Shown here: one piece after another, positions 1-12,477 of the stretch | Layout: each line of letters starts with the position of its first letter | Position numbering within the stretch: position 1 is the first letter of the stretch | Assembly (NCBI RefSeq): GCF_947568905.1 | Contig: NC_079165.1 | Coordinates: 3,720,001-3,784,000, forward strand | Source of the DNA: Ostrea edulis | Taxonomy: Eukaryota | Length of the DNA stretch: 64,000 bases | Reading direction: 5' to 3' | Notes under the pieces: generated by a model | What the model was told of the DNA's origin: nothing | What the model saw: only the letters and a program-made list of their open reading frames with translations | The model's database searches: none | Position numbers and translations under genes: made by a program

Positions 1-29
1 TGGAACATATTTCCTGTGCCTTTGAATGT

Positions 30-100
30 TCAATGTTTTGGGTTGGTTGTATATATATTGTTTAACGTCTTCAGAATATTTCCCTCATGTGGAGACGTAA
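30..100 (-). mobile_element. 3' end of a tRNA-derived SINE (same tail family as 4111-4381 and 9525-10711)
   Basis: Reverse complement resembles the tail acgtctccacatgag..gaaaattct..gacgttaaacaatata..caatc of the other copies. Confidence 0.55.
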
Positions 101-440
101 ATGCTTAGGATATTTAGCGTGTATTTTCCCCACAAACTGAACAACATTGTTATGTTTTTAACAATATTTTTATTTCAATGGAATACACAAATATCGCATA
201 AAAACCGTTTTGATAAATGTTATCACTAATTCTAATAGATAAGCAAGGTTAAAACAATTCCTATGTGAGATTTCTATATTCTATTCAAATGAAAATACTC
301 TTAAGTTACTTTAAACACCCAAGGCATTGAATATGAACTTATTCAGAAGAGGGGTAGCGGAAAACCTGTCCACAAATGCCCATACGCCCATGTTTATTTT
401 TGGTTCTGCATTCATTGTGACTATAATACACCTTTTGCAG

Positions 441-3400
441 GTGTGACGTTGTATGCACTTCGATTGTGGGTAGCTGGTGGAAAATGTTATAGCAAGGTTC
501 GCCTAGACAAGAAGACGGTGATTATAACGGGAGCAAACACAGGCATAGGAAAAGAGACCGCGATAGACCTGGCAGGAAGAGGTAAGTAAGGCTCGCCTGT
601 ACAGGAAGACTATTTATAACATACATGTCCAAGATCTAATCCGATTTCAATGTCCTCGATATCGACAATATCAAATTGATATTGATTTGATATCGTCGTG
701 TCTGCTTACGATATCGTCTATATCGACATTCAACAACGATATCGTATCGATATCGACAATTTCTATTGTAAATGTGTTTGAATTAATAGTCTTAGTCTAC
801 ACCGCATAATGTTAATACTACGTTAAGCAAAACGATCGTGACTCGATATTGACAGGAAGAGAAAGCAAACATATAACCGTTACAAAAACGATCAAGATTC
901 GATATCGACACAATGTCGTTGATATCGACGATATCGACAGAAAGAGATAACATTTCTATTTCAGTTCTAACGCTATGTTTAAAACAATCATGATTCCATA
1001 TCGACAGGATATCGACAAGAAGATCAATGCTATATTCGTCCTCATACAACCATTCAACAATGATCATGATTCGATATCGACACGATATGGTCAGTAAAGG
1101 TATATGATTATTAGAGTGGTACTTATCGATATCGGTACGATATCATATTTGGATTGTCGATATCGTCGGTATCGAATCTACATCATGTCATGGACATGAC
1201 TCCCAGTTAGGGTGGGTGGGGGGCAAACACTGACATAGGGAAGAGGACCGCTATATATTTCGCAGGAAGAAGTACGTAAGGCTCACCTGAACATTGTACA
1301 CAACTGGTGGATGGATTGTTTTCTATTCGAGGTCAAAGCCCCAAAAGCTGTCAAAGTCTTTCAGAACAATCTATTCTAAATTAATCTCTTTATATCCGTT
1401 CTAGGAGCCAAAGTCATCCTGGCCTGTCGCGACAGGTGTCGTGGAGAGAGAGCGTTATCTGACGTCATCAGGAAATCGGGGAGTAAGCAGGTAGTCCTAA
1501 AGATGCTTGACCTGGCCTCACTGGAATCCGTCCGAAAATTCGCACAGGACATCAACGAAAACGAACCCAGACTAGACATTCTAATAAACAACGCCGGTAA
1601 GGCATTCTACACTGAATAGGTTACACTAATTCTAATGAAGGTTCCACTTAACTTTATCAAAACGATATTCTTACATTCAAATCACGGTTCATGTCAGATT
1701 GATTGTTTGTCTTGCGATACATCTCCATAAAATCATAGTTGAGATGAGAATTTCTTTAAGGATGACTATTATTCTATAAAAGCATTTTACCAAGTCATGA
1801 TGAAAATGATCGTACTTGGAATACCAAATTTTTATTAATTTTTATTAATTGGACAATACCAGTGTATGCAAATAAGTGACAGTACAACATATTCTATAAT
1901 ACATCCATATAGTGGTAGTGATTAAAACAAAAAGTTTAAATACGAAAAACTACTACACATTTCAGTCAAGACTTAGCTCATTTTTGGTTTCAATTTCACT
2001 TTCATATATTGTTCGTATTAAGGGGTATAAAAACAAAGGGAGCACGTGGGTAATTTGCATAATCACCCATGCGTTCATTGTTTATATTTATATCTCCAAT
2101 GATTTTGCCTTTGACTTTTTTTTCAATTTTATTTATCTTTAATTTATCTTTTTGATAGCAATTTTCTCATGAATACGAGTATTATTCAGATATGAACCAT
2201 ATGCCCATGTATCTTGATAATCATAATTCATGTATCCTAACAGCTGGGAGGTCCAAGAAAAATTAAAGTAGAATGTAAATAAATGTCATTTTTGAAAATC
2301 TATAATGGTATGAACCGCTATGCTTCACGCCAGTATACTATATTTTTAACTATCCCTATGATGCAAACAATCTCGACGTCAGTACATGTATCAAATCTTC
2401 GTTCTGTGTCCGCCATTTTGCGGTGAAAAAATCATTTTTCCCTACAATGGCATTTCTAATTTTCTGATATGTAGCTTTGAGATTTGTTGTTTTTTATGAA
2501 TAGCCCCAGGGTGAAGCAATTCATAAACGTGTAAGAAAAACTTAATAATTACCTTGTAACCTCTTACCTCTTACATTAGGATAGATAAAAAAGGAAAGCT
2601 TCACTATTCACCTATTGTCCTTTTGTAAAGGGGGGTAATTCAAATTACCGGTTTCATAGGTTTACTCAGTGAATCTTTCATAGATGTTAAGATGAAATGT
2701 TACAGTCCAAATGGGTTTTTTATGATTGCAAACAATAAAAGTTCAAAGGAGTATCATAAAACAACGTTAGTAAATGGAAAACTATAACAAACATATAAAC
2801 TACACATGCATACCATTGATTTACAGGTGTAATGATGTGTCCCCTCGGTAGAACTGCTGAGGGATTTGAAATGCAATTGGGAACAAATCATCTGGGTCAT
2901 TTTCTTTTAACCAATCTGTTGTTGGATAAGATGAAGAAATCCGCCCCTGCCAGAATCGTCAACGTTTCCTCTTATTCCCATACGTGTAAGTTAGGTCATG
3001 AGTCATTTTAACAATTGTTCAATATACTCGATCATTGCATACTATCGATTCACGATATCTAATTATTCAAAATCTTCTACGTGTTGCCTTGAACTCGAAC
3101 TTTCATTTCAATCTTATTATTTTAGTGTTAAATATGATTTAATGTACGACTTATCTTATCGGGCTCACGGTGTGTGTGACCGGTCAACGGGACAGGCTCA
3201 CCCTTCTGCAGGACACCTGATCCAACCAATGGTGCGTCAAGGGGTCCGTCTTTGCCCGACCCTTTATCATTTTTATCAGTAACACTGTTTCGTTTGTCCT
3301 GAGGAACGGATCGCTCATCCCTTGGATCTATCCAATTGTTCCAGTCATCGATCATATTAGTGCTTTGTGCAACGTCGTTCATGTCGTTGGTGAATTTAAT

Positions 3401-6400
3401 GTTGTTATACTCACTACTCATTAATAAATTAAGATACCCATACATAGAGTTTGACGAAATCATCAATGAAAATAGTTACAGTAATATATATATATATATA
3501 TAAAATATCAATTTTACAGATACCAATAAAATTAATTTTGACGACATCAACAGTGAAAAGAGCTACAGTAGAACGCAGGCTTATGCACAGAGCAAATTAG
3601 CCAACATCCTGTTTACAAGGGAGCTGAGTAAAAGACTCAAAGGTAAAAAGGAAGAAAATACAAATAGAAAACGAAACACAATTCATGCAGCTGGTTTGGA
3701 TAAGCTGATGACAGATGTTCTGAATTTGCATTTGTTCATTTCCCCCACTTTTTGTGTCTTACGATTATCAATAATTTCCACTTTATTGTAGTAACTAGGC
3801 AGAGTGCAACGTATATTATATAGTGTATAATTCTGGATTATAATCCATCAAACAATTTCACTGATGACTGCATATCTTAATGTTTGTTGTCCTCTCCTGT
3901 CGTCGACTTGAAGCTGTTTGTGTAGTTCGATCTTTGAGTGACCGACACTGGTGCAGGGGGTGTGGGGAACTGTCCTGGGTTGTCAGAAGGAGCGGTTGAG
4001 GATTTCTTTTTTCTTTCCTTTGTATCTCTTACATCAGCTCTCTATGCACCTTCAGGATGTCTACATCTGTCAAGTGAGTGCATGTCAGTGTGTCTATTCA
4101 AACGTGTTTTGTTACTCCAGTGGGGATCCAGGCTAGAATAGGTCCTCAGTACCCCTTGTCATAAGAGGTGCCAAAGTGGGGTGGTCCTTCGGATGATAAC
4201 GCAAAAACCGAGATCCCATGTTACAGCAGGTGTGATACAATAAAGATCCCTCCCTACTCAAAGGCAGCAAGCGCCGAGCATAGGGCTAAATTTTGAAGCC
4301 CTTCAGCGGCAATTGTGACGTCTCCATGTGAGTGAAAATTTCTCCAAAGGGGTGTTAAACAATATACAATCAACCAATCAAACCATTTAGTTTTCGTTGC
4401 TTGGGTGGATACCAAATTGACGAATGTAAGACTCCACGCAGTCGTTGAATCTCTCCGTCTGCCTTACATGAATCACTTGATCAACCGGTGGTCACCCATC
4501 TGGACCACACGACTCATTCAACGAATCTGTTGTTTCATGGTCATCATTTGAATGCTGGTTACCTAGGCTTTACCGAGGGATTTAATTTTTGCGACCAAGT
4601 CTTGCAGTGAATGTGCATGATTAATCTTGGGCTTGGCATCTGGATTTTTCCAGTTGTTAACGTGCCTTTTGTATAGGGATTATGCTTCACATCCGTAGAG
4701 GAGACCGGTAAGAGTAACTGAGCTTCGTGAACTACATAATGATTATCCAGCTCTGTACGCGACCTTGGAGATGACATCGTGCTTGACTGGTTTTCTACAT
4801 CCTGGCGTTTAACATTTTATTCAGGCTGTCATCGTCCCTGATCGTGCTGCTGATATGTACTGAAAGACATCCACTGCCTTAAGCTGTGAACCGATGATGC
4901 AAATGTTAGTTGCAACGGTATTTTTGTTTTGTCAAGGTTAATAATGAGATTAAAGAGGCTGGAGAAATTGTTTATCAACAGCTGTGAGTCGGACTTTTTG
5001 TGAACCATGAGGACAGAGTCATCAACGAACATCGGCTCAATGACGATCAAGAGCATCGAACCTTTGGAATTTAGTATTTCTGTGCTTGTTCTGATTCTGA
5101 AATAGAAATCGCAAAACAGGACGAGTTTGTCACTGGAAGGAGTGCCCTTCACCCATACACTAAGGTTTTGTGGAAGGTTTCTTTTCGTTCATCGTCACTG
5201 GTCAGTGGTCGTGTTTGCACTGACGATGGTGATATGCCGGATACGATTAAAGGGATAACGAATATCCATCAGCCGTTCATTAACACGCATTGGTAAGTCA
5301 AGTAACTGTTTGAAGAGTAATGTCTAATGGCCAATCCTATTCCATTGTTTTCCCGGGGTCAGAAGGACTGTTTACATGCAGGGTTCAATCTACAACTACC
5401 AGTTGTTATTTCCATGTGTTGTTTCGCCCGTTTCCCATCTCTTCAGGACTTCGTTGGCAATAAGACTGACACGCGAGGAAAACTAGTGAGGGAAGTTTAC
5501 ACAGGAGCAATCCTACTTTCTCGGTCTCAGAAGTGGTACTGACATTCCATCAATATCAGGGACTTTCCCGACTGCAGTGGATGCCATCGACATGCGTAGT
5601 GCCTTGTAATGCTCTTCTCCCCTTTCACAGTCTGTTAGCCAGGACGATGCTGATAGCGAGAGTGATAGTTTAGAGTCACACTGTACACATCACATAGATA
5701 TTTGGTTGACTCGTTGTGTATGATTGTTTATTCTGTAAAGAATCCGATGCGTCGTACATTCTGTTTTATTTGCAGGAACCGGCGTGACCGCTAACTCACT
5801 TCATCCAGGCGTAGTGATCACAGAGCTGGCGAGATATATACCGGGATATAACATCGCATGGCCACTATTTATCTTCATCATGAAATTCCCAAGAGAAGGC
5901 GCACAGACGAGTATTCAGTGTGCTGTTGAAGAGACCTTAGAAAGCGTTTCCGGGAAGTATTTCAGGTATTTCAGTAATTTTCGTAAAGTTTTAATCCTAG
6001 ATCTAAAGGTGTTCCTATGTTCTAATTCGACAACTATCAAACGAATATTGACAATCATATCTAAATATCAAAACAACACCATGTATGGGTAACTGCTCCA
6101 AGACTTTTGCATTTAATCATTTATATGATACAAAATTAATTGTTAATGACCCCCTTAGCGCCAACATCTGTGTATAAAAGGGGAAATAAGCTTTCGAACT
6201 TTCACCGAGTAGAGAAAACTGTTAGGCACAAATTATCATCAGAGGCTTTCGTATCATATCTACAACGAAAATCACATATTGAGACAAGGTGGGAAGACGT
6301 TCTATATATGTCCTAGAAAAAGAAATCTGTTAAATGATGTCGGCATGGGTCTTTAAATATCTGAAACCTCAAGCCCCAAGCCTCGAATCCTTGGGAAATT

Positions 6401-7304
6401 TCTATCTATGGGTGTATAACATATAAAGGACATAAAAATAAAGCCTGTATGAATAGAAAACAGAATAAAGAAGTAGGTACGGTACCTACTTGGTTCAAAA
6501 TGTCACATGAATCATAGATTAGAGGAGTAAGCATTCCCTGCCGACCTATCACACTTGCCGCAAGCACTATTTTAATAGGGTAAACGGGGTAATCCGTATT
6601 AAAACTAACAATTGGTATGAAATACGTCAGACAGCATTTGTCCCATTGACAGGTTGTAGAGGCAAACTAGATCGTTATAACGACCATAAAATTTGCGAAA
6701 TGCTGACTTTAAGGAAGACTGTTAAATCCCCCGTAACAACTTATTTGTCAGTAGACTGTCTCGATTTAAAAAGTTATCATACGCAGAACAAGCTCTTGTG
6801 TATAGAATCAGTTGAGAAACAAACACTATATCCAGGTGATAATGGAATATTGCTATATGAGTACCTGAAGTCATCCCATTTGTCATAAAGTTTGTCGTTA
6901 ACATCTATGTTAAAAAAAATCCGTAGTCAAATCAGTCTGTGAAGGACGTTCTAATAATTCGTATGAAGAAATCAAAAAGCAACATATCATATTTCATCGA
7001 TAATCCTTATACAAATTTCAAATTTACAAAGTCAAGAAACGAGAATTATTTGGTTAATGTAAGGGCCTTATCAATGTAAAAGGAATAGAGAAAGTGATCC
7101 AAGTTACAAATTGTTCTTATTCTAACTCAATGTAGGGTTTAGATACTTATTTTCTGTACTGACTCAGCATCGTTATAATCTGGTGTCTGTAATCTTTATT
7201 CCAGTGACTGTGCTGTAAGTAAAGAATCTAAAGCAGCGCAGGACAACGAGGCGGCAAAGAGACTTTGGGACGTGTCTGTCAAAATGGTGGGGCTGGAGGA
7301 ATAA
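441..7304 (+). CDS. Retinol dehydrogenase 11/12/13-like short-chain dehydrogenase/reductase, 5'-partial; exons 441-581, 1405-1596, 2827-2985, 3520-3642, 5776-5965, 7205-7304
   Basis: Six exons with AG/GT borders join in frame (about 300 aa). SDR motifs [22 protein letters not shown], catalytic YAQSK, LHPGVV and C-terminal [22 protein letters not shown] at 7657-7662. Paralog number cannot be assigned without a search. Confidence 0.93.
624..1198. mobile_element. MITE-like insertion packed with GATATC/TCGA palindromes
   Basis: Termini catgtccaaga / tcatggacatg form an 11-bp inverted repeat with 1 mismatch; interior has many cgatatcga motifs; no clear TSD. Confidence 0.6.
3165..3290 (+). mobile_element. 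Penelope-like element 3' terminal fragment (diverged)
   Basis: gtgaccggtcaac..cacctgatcc..ggggtccgt..tgccc motif shared with copies at 7765, 11180, 11700, 15220 and 31065; the 11180 copy directly follows Penelope RT codons. Confidence 0.65.
4111..4381 (+). mobile_element. SINE (core and tail shared with 9525-10711 and 61550-61660)
   Basis: Shared blocks tgttacagcaggtgtg, aagcgccgagca, tttgaagcccttc, gtgacgtctccatgtgagtgaaaattctc and a (caat)n tail. Confidence 0.75.
4400..5750 (-). mobile_element. Old degenerate non-LTR retrotransposon (RTE-like) RT fragment
   Basis: Minus-strand translation gives GKVPDIDGM (cf. GKAPGxDGI) and [29 protein letters not shown] (cf. LFADD..FGLTINLxKT), with frameshifts and stops. 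Confidence 0.6.
6620..6910 (-). mobile_element. Penelope-like RT C-terminal fragment
   Basis: ORF 6722-6904 contains [28 protein letters not shown], matching the ISQLIRYARACS..QFL region also seen at 10800-11000. Confidence 0.75.
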
Positions 7305-7764
7305 GTATAAAATGAACAAGGACCTTAGATTGTAGTGTTAACTCATTTATCAATATTGATGCATGTGTGCTTTCATTTTATATTTCATAGCTACATACAT
7401 ACATTGTATGTATATTTGTTACAGAACAAATTACGTGTATATTTGTATATCGACACTGCTGAATATTTTAACGTGTGTACATATGTATCTAGTGTATATT
7501 TAGAGAATTGGCGCAGCATTAGTAAATATACTGTATGACCGGTTTTGGGTGAATGTAAAATTTGACGGATTTCAGAAACAAACGTATGTGAATAATTTTG
7601 ATTGTTGTTAATCTGGCGATTTTATTTATGACTACTATATAGAGACATAAAATTGGAATAAAATTGGTGTTTTATTCCTTTTGATAACTGGAAAATACCG
7701 CCAAAAGCAATGCACCGCTAAAATAACCCTCTATACAGTGTCCCCTTAGACATGTGTTAATCAT

Positions 7765-7935
7765 AGAATATGTTTGCAAGGTGAAGATAACGAACAGTGA
7801 GCAATCTCATAACTCCTACAAGCAATACAAAATAGATAGTTGGGCAAACACGGACCCCTGGACACACCAGAGGTGGGATCAGGTGCCTAGGAGGAGTAAG
7901 CATCCCCTGTTGACCGGTCACACCCGCCGTGAGCC
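7765..7935 (-). mobile_element. Penelope-like 3' terminal fragment
   Basis: Close reverse complement of ggtgtgaccggtcaacaggggatgcttactcctcctaggcacctgatcccacctctggtgtgtccaggggtccgtgtttgccc. Confidence 0.8.
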
Positions 7936-8265
7936 GTATTTGAATTCTTATGCTATTAGATTGTAATATTTGTGACTTGGAGATGAAATCCGCTGATAAT
8001 ATATTCTGGTATGAACTTTAACCAGCAACTCACTTCTACGTCATTTTATGTTTAGTTTTGACTTTGAAGAAAGTGCTATGAGGACACTGAAAAATGAATA
8101 CGAAATATATTTCAAACTGTGTATATCACTGGCATGAAGATATAACATATTACACCCGTTGTTGGATTATCTTTATGATGTGGTGATGCCAATGCCACTA
8201 CTATTATTCATTACATTTTGTATTTTTCACAGTACCGAATTCCTATGGGAGGGGATCGTTGGAAA

Positions 8266-8413
8266 CGCTTTACGATTACCTACCATGGGTCACAAGGCCG
8301 ATATTTTCATTGGTTGAATATCGCAATAAGGAATGGTAAAGCGACCAATCGCATATAGAAGTCTTCCAGCGAAAATACTGGCCTTGTGACCCACGGTAGG
8401 TAATCGTAGAGCG
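8266..8413. mobile_element. 148-bp MITE with about 43-bp terminal inverted repeats
   Basis: cgctttacgattacctaccatgggtcacaaggccgatattttc versus gaaaatactggccttgtgacccacggtaggtaatcgtagagcg. Confidence 0.8.
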
Positions 8414-8547
8414 ACTGAACGTGGGTTTTCGACGGTGTGGGAGAGGGAGAATTAAATTTCTTTTTCAAAACATCACCTGATACTTTTTTCCCTAAAAGTT
8501 GCCCACCACCAATTAGGATAACTTTTCGATTTTATGTTTATGCTTAT

Positions 8548-9300
8548 CAAATGCAAGACAAAACATCTCTCCTAGCAGCAACATCAGTTAAACTAGGATT
8601 GAAACCTAATGAAAGGAAGACAAAAATTATGAAAATTAATGCAAAGAGTAAACAGCCTATCAAAATAAGGGATACCATCTTGGAAGAAGTTGAGGAGTTT
8701 ACTTACCTAGGAATTATTGTGAGTGTGAATGGAGGTACCGATGCTGATGTTAAGACCAGAATAAACAGGGCTAGGGTCATCTTCAACATTCTGGGGAAAG
8801 TATGGAATGCAAAGAACATCTCGAGAAACACTAAAATCAAGATTTTTAATTCAAATGTAAAGTCTGTGCTTCTGTATGGGGCAGAAACATGGAGAACAAC
8901 AAATGCCACGATTTCAAAAATTCAAAGATTCATCAATTACTGCCTGCGCAGAATAATGAACATCAGATGGTTTGATAAAGTAAGAAACGAGGATCTTTGG
9001 AAAAGAGCAAATCAAGCCCCCATAGATATCCAAATCAAAAAAAGCAAATGGTCATGGATTGGACACACACTGCGAAAACCACCAAGCAGCATCACAAAAC
9101 AAGCCCTCAAATGGAACCCCCAAGGAAAAAGAAACAGAGGAAGACCAAGGAGCAGCTGGCGCAGAGTTACGGAGACAGAATTAAAAGAGCAAGGCTACAC
9201 CTGGAACTCAGCAGAAAGATTAGCGCCAAACAGAGTCAGATGGAGGGAGTTCGTCAATGGCCTATGCTCCCTAGAGTAGCAAAGGGCTAAGTAAGTAAGT
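8548..9300 (+). mobile_element. 5'-truncated RTE-clade LINE: RT C-terminus, short 3' UTR and (TAAG)n tail
   Basis: About 244 uninterrupted codons: KLGLKPNERKTKIM..EEVEEFTYLG..DVKTRINRAR..SVLLYGAETW..WIGHTLRK..QGKRNRGRPRSSW. Stop at 9279, taagtaagtaagt at 9288-9300. The first ~37 aa of the track ORF are flanking DNA. Confidence 0.92.
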
Positions 9301-9843
9301 TATCTTGGGTGATTAAATCTTCCAAAGGTATGTTGGAATTCCTATGGGCACGAATTTTGCTCCTTTGTTGGCCGGTCTGTTTATATATTCTTATAAAGGA
9401 GAGTTTATTCAAAAGCTTCTACTTGAGAAGAAAAAATCCCTTGCTGTGGCCTTCAACTCAAGACATAGATATATTGACAACGGTTTATCTATAAACAATA
9501 ATCATTTTCATTTATATGTTGATTCCACCGTGTTGGTCTAGAAGTAGAGCGTTCGCCCAGAATGCGGAAGGTCGGGGTTCGAATCCCGGCCGCAACAGAC
9601 ATAAGTCGTTAAAACAGGTAGAGACAGTTCTATCGCTGAACGCTCGCCATCAGGTGTGAATGTCAAAGGTCCTCGGAGATGATCTTAAAAACGGAGATAT
9701 CGTGTTACAGTAGGTGTGGCACGCTAAAGCACCCCCATTACTCAATGATCGTAAGCGCCGAGCAAAGGCCTACATTTGAAGCTCTTCATCGGTATTTGTG
9801 ACGTCCTCATATGAGTGAAAAATTCTCAAGAAAGAGACGTTAA

Positions 9844-10687
9844 AGGGGAAGGCAACCCAATTTTTTTTTACATGATAAATGATAGAATTAATTATATGTT
9901 AAAAATTTGCCATACTATTCTGCTGATATACGGCCTAGATAACCTTCAGTGCTAATTTGAAAACGTTAAAGATTGCAATTCCCGCCATCTATAGAGGCTG
10001 CCATGATGTGGAACTCTTTTGTATTCAAGACCACAAAAATCAATAATTTTTACGTCACACCGTCTGTTCCGGTTTTGTTGAGATTCTAAGATCATCAAAG
10101 ATATGCATGTGGTAGGTTTTACAAATAAATTGTGTGATGCCTTGTTGTAAAGCAGTTAATTACACAAATGCGAAGGGTGTGAAAAAAAGGTGTTTTTTTT
10201 TTCGAAATTCCTGACCCAACTAAGTCATCTGAAAAGAAAAGACAATGTAAACTCATTCTCTCACCAGAGGGCGCGCTACGCAAGCTTCACTTTGTTGTGG
10301 AGCGTAGCGTAACGCCTTCTGGTGAAAGATTGATGTAAACTATGGATCCATCATTTGCGTAATGACAAGTTGAGGTTCGAGACATTTGTATGAAGAAAAG
10401 TGTACCGTCTGCCTGGTCTGCGACTCGACTTAACGTCTTCTTTTCTTTATTTCTTCTTGCGAAAGAATGGGCTATACGGCTCCAAACATAAGTGTTCGTG
10501 ACTTGTCATATTTACAGTGCTGCAGTCATAAATTAAACCTCAATGGCCGCTCTCTTAGCGGCGGGTAATTTAAAATATATGATAGATTAATATTAATTTG
10601 ATTGTCAAGCAAGGACTGTCATCTACGATATAAGTAAGTAGTACTCTATTCATAAAAGCAACAATGTGGTTAGGGTTGTCTTTCCCT
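9844..10687 (+). mobile_element. Non-autonomous DNA transposon with TTAA TSD and AG..CT termini (Kolobok-like)
   Basis: ttaa|aggggaaggcaaccc ... gggttgtctttccct|ttaa; second copy in reverse at about 56740-57461. Superfamily inferred from TSD and termini only. Confidence 0.75.
10253..10333. mobile_element. 81-bp hairpin MITE with 7-bp TSD tgtaaac
   Basis: TIR tcattctctcaccaga / tctggtgaaagattga; tgtaaac at 10246-10252 and 10334-10340; absent from the paralogous host copy near 57030. Confidence 0.85.
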
Positions 10688-11364
10688 TTAAACAAGATAC
10701 AATCAATCAATCGATTCGATCTTCCTCTGTAAACTCGAAATAAAAGACACCACAGATTCTCCACATCTGCTTCGTACTTAGATATTTTATAGAGGATAGA
10801 TATTGATGGCAAGCTGGCAACTCAACTTTAGCATAAACGGGGTAATTTCAGCTTCTCCATCGCCAACTTCCCATATTTATATAACCATATTCCATTATCA
10901 CCTACATATGGTGTTTATATCTCTCAACTGATTCGATACGCAAAAGCTTCTTCTGCGTATGGTCAGTTTTTAAAACGAGACAGAGAATTTGAAGTTACAG
11001 GGATTTCAACAGTATCGTTTCGCAACAGTCAGCATTTCGCAAATTGTGTGGTCGTTATAACGATAGTTTGTCAATGCAACCTATCAGAGGGTCAACTGCT
11101 GTCTGACGTGTTACATACCGATTATTAGACTGTCCTTGACACATTAATTCTTACTTACTACATTTACCTGATCAAGTTATAGGGCTCACTTCGGGATGCT
11201 TACTCCTCCTAGGCACCTGATCCCACCTCTGGTGTATCCAGGGTTCGTGTCTGCCCAATTCTCTATTTTGTATTGCTTATAGGAGTTATGAGATTGATCA
11301 CTGTTCGTTATCTTCACCTTTCATTCATCGTTGATTAATTTGCTACAATTGAAAAAAAATCATA

Positions 11365-11840
11365 ACTCCTATAAGTAATACAAACTTAAGAGTAGAGGAA
11401 ACACGGACCCTAGACACACCAGAGGAGGAGTAAACATTCCCTGTTCACCGGTCACGTGGGAGGAGTAAGCATCCCCTGTTCACCGGTCACGTAGCATGCT
11501 TTGTCTTACCGCTCCTCTACTCGAACACAATGAGGTTGTCACTGAAAACACATTGATCTTTCGTAAACCCATTCTTTTTCAATCGTTCAATGGGTTAAAT
11601 GCTGTCTAACGTGTTTCATACCGATTGTTAGGCCGTTCTTGGCACATTGATTTTGACTACAGATTCTTCCGTTTACCTGATCAAGCTATAGAGCTCACAA
11701 CGATGGATGTGACCGGTCGACAGGGAATGCTTAGTCTTCCTAGGCACCCGATCCCACCTCTGATGTGTCCAGGGTCCGTGTTCCCCCTACTCACTTATAG
11801 GAGTTCTAAGATTGATTACTGTTCGTTATTTTCACTTTTT
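11365..11840. mobile_element. Two more Penelope terminal fragments (11365-11500 minus, 11590-11840 plus)
   Basis: Same terminal repeat as 11180-11330, in alternating orientation. Confidence 0.75.
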
Positions 11841-12477
11841 TCATGTACGATTAAATGGGTATTTGTAAGGATGCGCTCTTGAGGGAGTTAGCTCCTCAGC
11901 TTTTGAGCACAACTGCCCAGGATGTTGTAACTGTATATAATGGTTCAATATACTTATAAAACTATTCTATTGGTCCAAATATGTTATATATTTATATTTA
12001 CTATTTAAATGTATCCAACTGAAAATGTTTATGTCGATTCAATTTGGAAAGCACTACAAGCGTCGAAAAGATTCTTTGGGCCAAAGATCTAAACCTACAC
12101 AATTTGACAGTTTTTGTTTTATCGTGAATAAATATACCCCTAGGTGTGTATTTCAAATTTGTAATTTGTGATTTATGTAGTAGATACTTTGAACTAGTTC
12201 AAATGGTGTGAATTCGTTAATTTGGTTGCTGTTTTTGTAAACAGAACACCGATTCTTACAAACAACTATATTGTTTCACCAGAAATTTTGTATGAAAATC
12301 AGCATTTTGGCCCATAATTCAATTTTTTTAAATATCTATAACCCCTATTTAGTTCCATCTAAAATTTTAAGGCAATACTTTGTAATTTAAGTGCAATTTA
12401 AAAAATTGATAATACTTTCAATATGTTCTGTTGAACTCTCAAATTCCATATTACTTCCGATCAACTGGGATTAAAAC

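Larger units (their letters stand above)
9525..10711 (+). mobile_element. tRNA-derived SINE (head 9525-9595), split in its tail by a TTAA DNA element
   Basis: A-box-like tggtctagaagtagagc and B box ggttcgaatcc. Tail gagacg-ttaa resumes as ttaa-acaagatacaatcaatcaat at 10688-10711; gattc on both flanks. Confidence 0.85.
9310..11330 (+). mobile_element. Penelope-like retroelement fragment interrupted by a SINE (9525-10711)
   Basis: GIPMGTNFAPLLAGLFIYSY..YIDN..HLYVDS (9335-9525) continues as LEIKDTT..SASYLDIL..IDGKLATQL..NFPYL..IPLSPTYGVYISQLIRYA (10711-10990), followed by the common terminal repeat. Confidence 0.85.

Noticed and set aside
8235-9350. gaattcctatggg occurring both before the MITE (about 8237) and in the Penelope fragment (about 9336)
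   Set aside because: Too short and not at element boundaries, so it is not a credible TSD.
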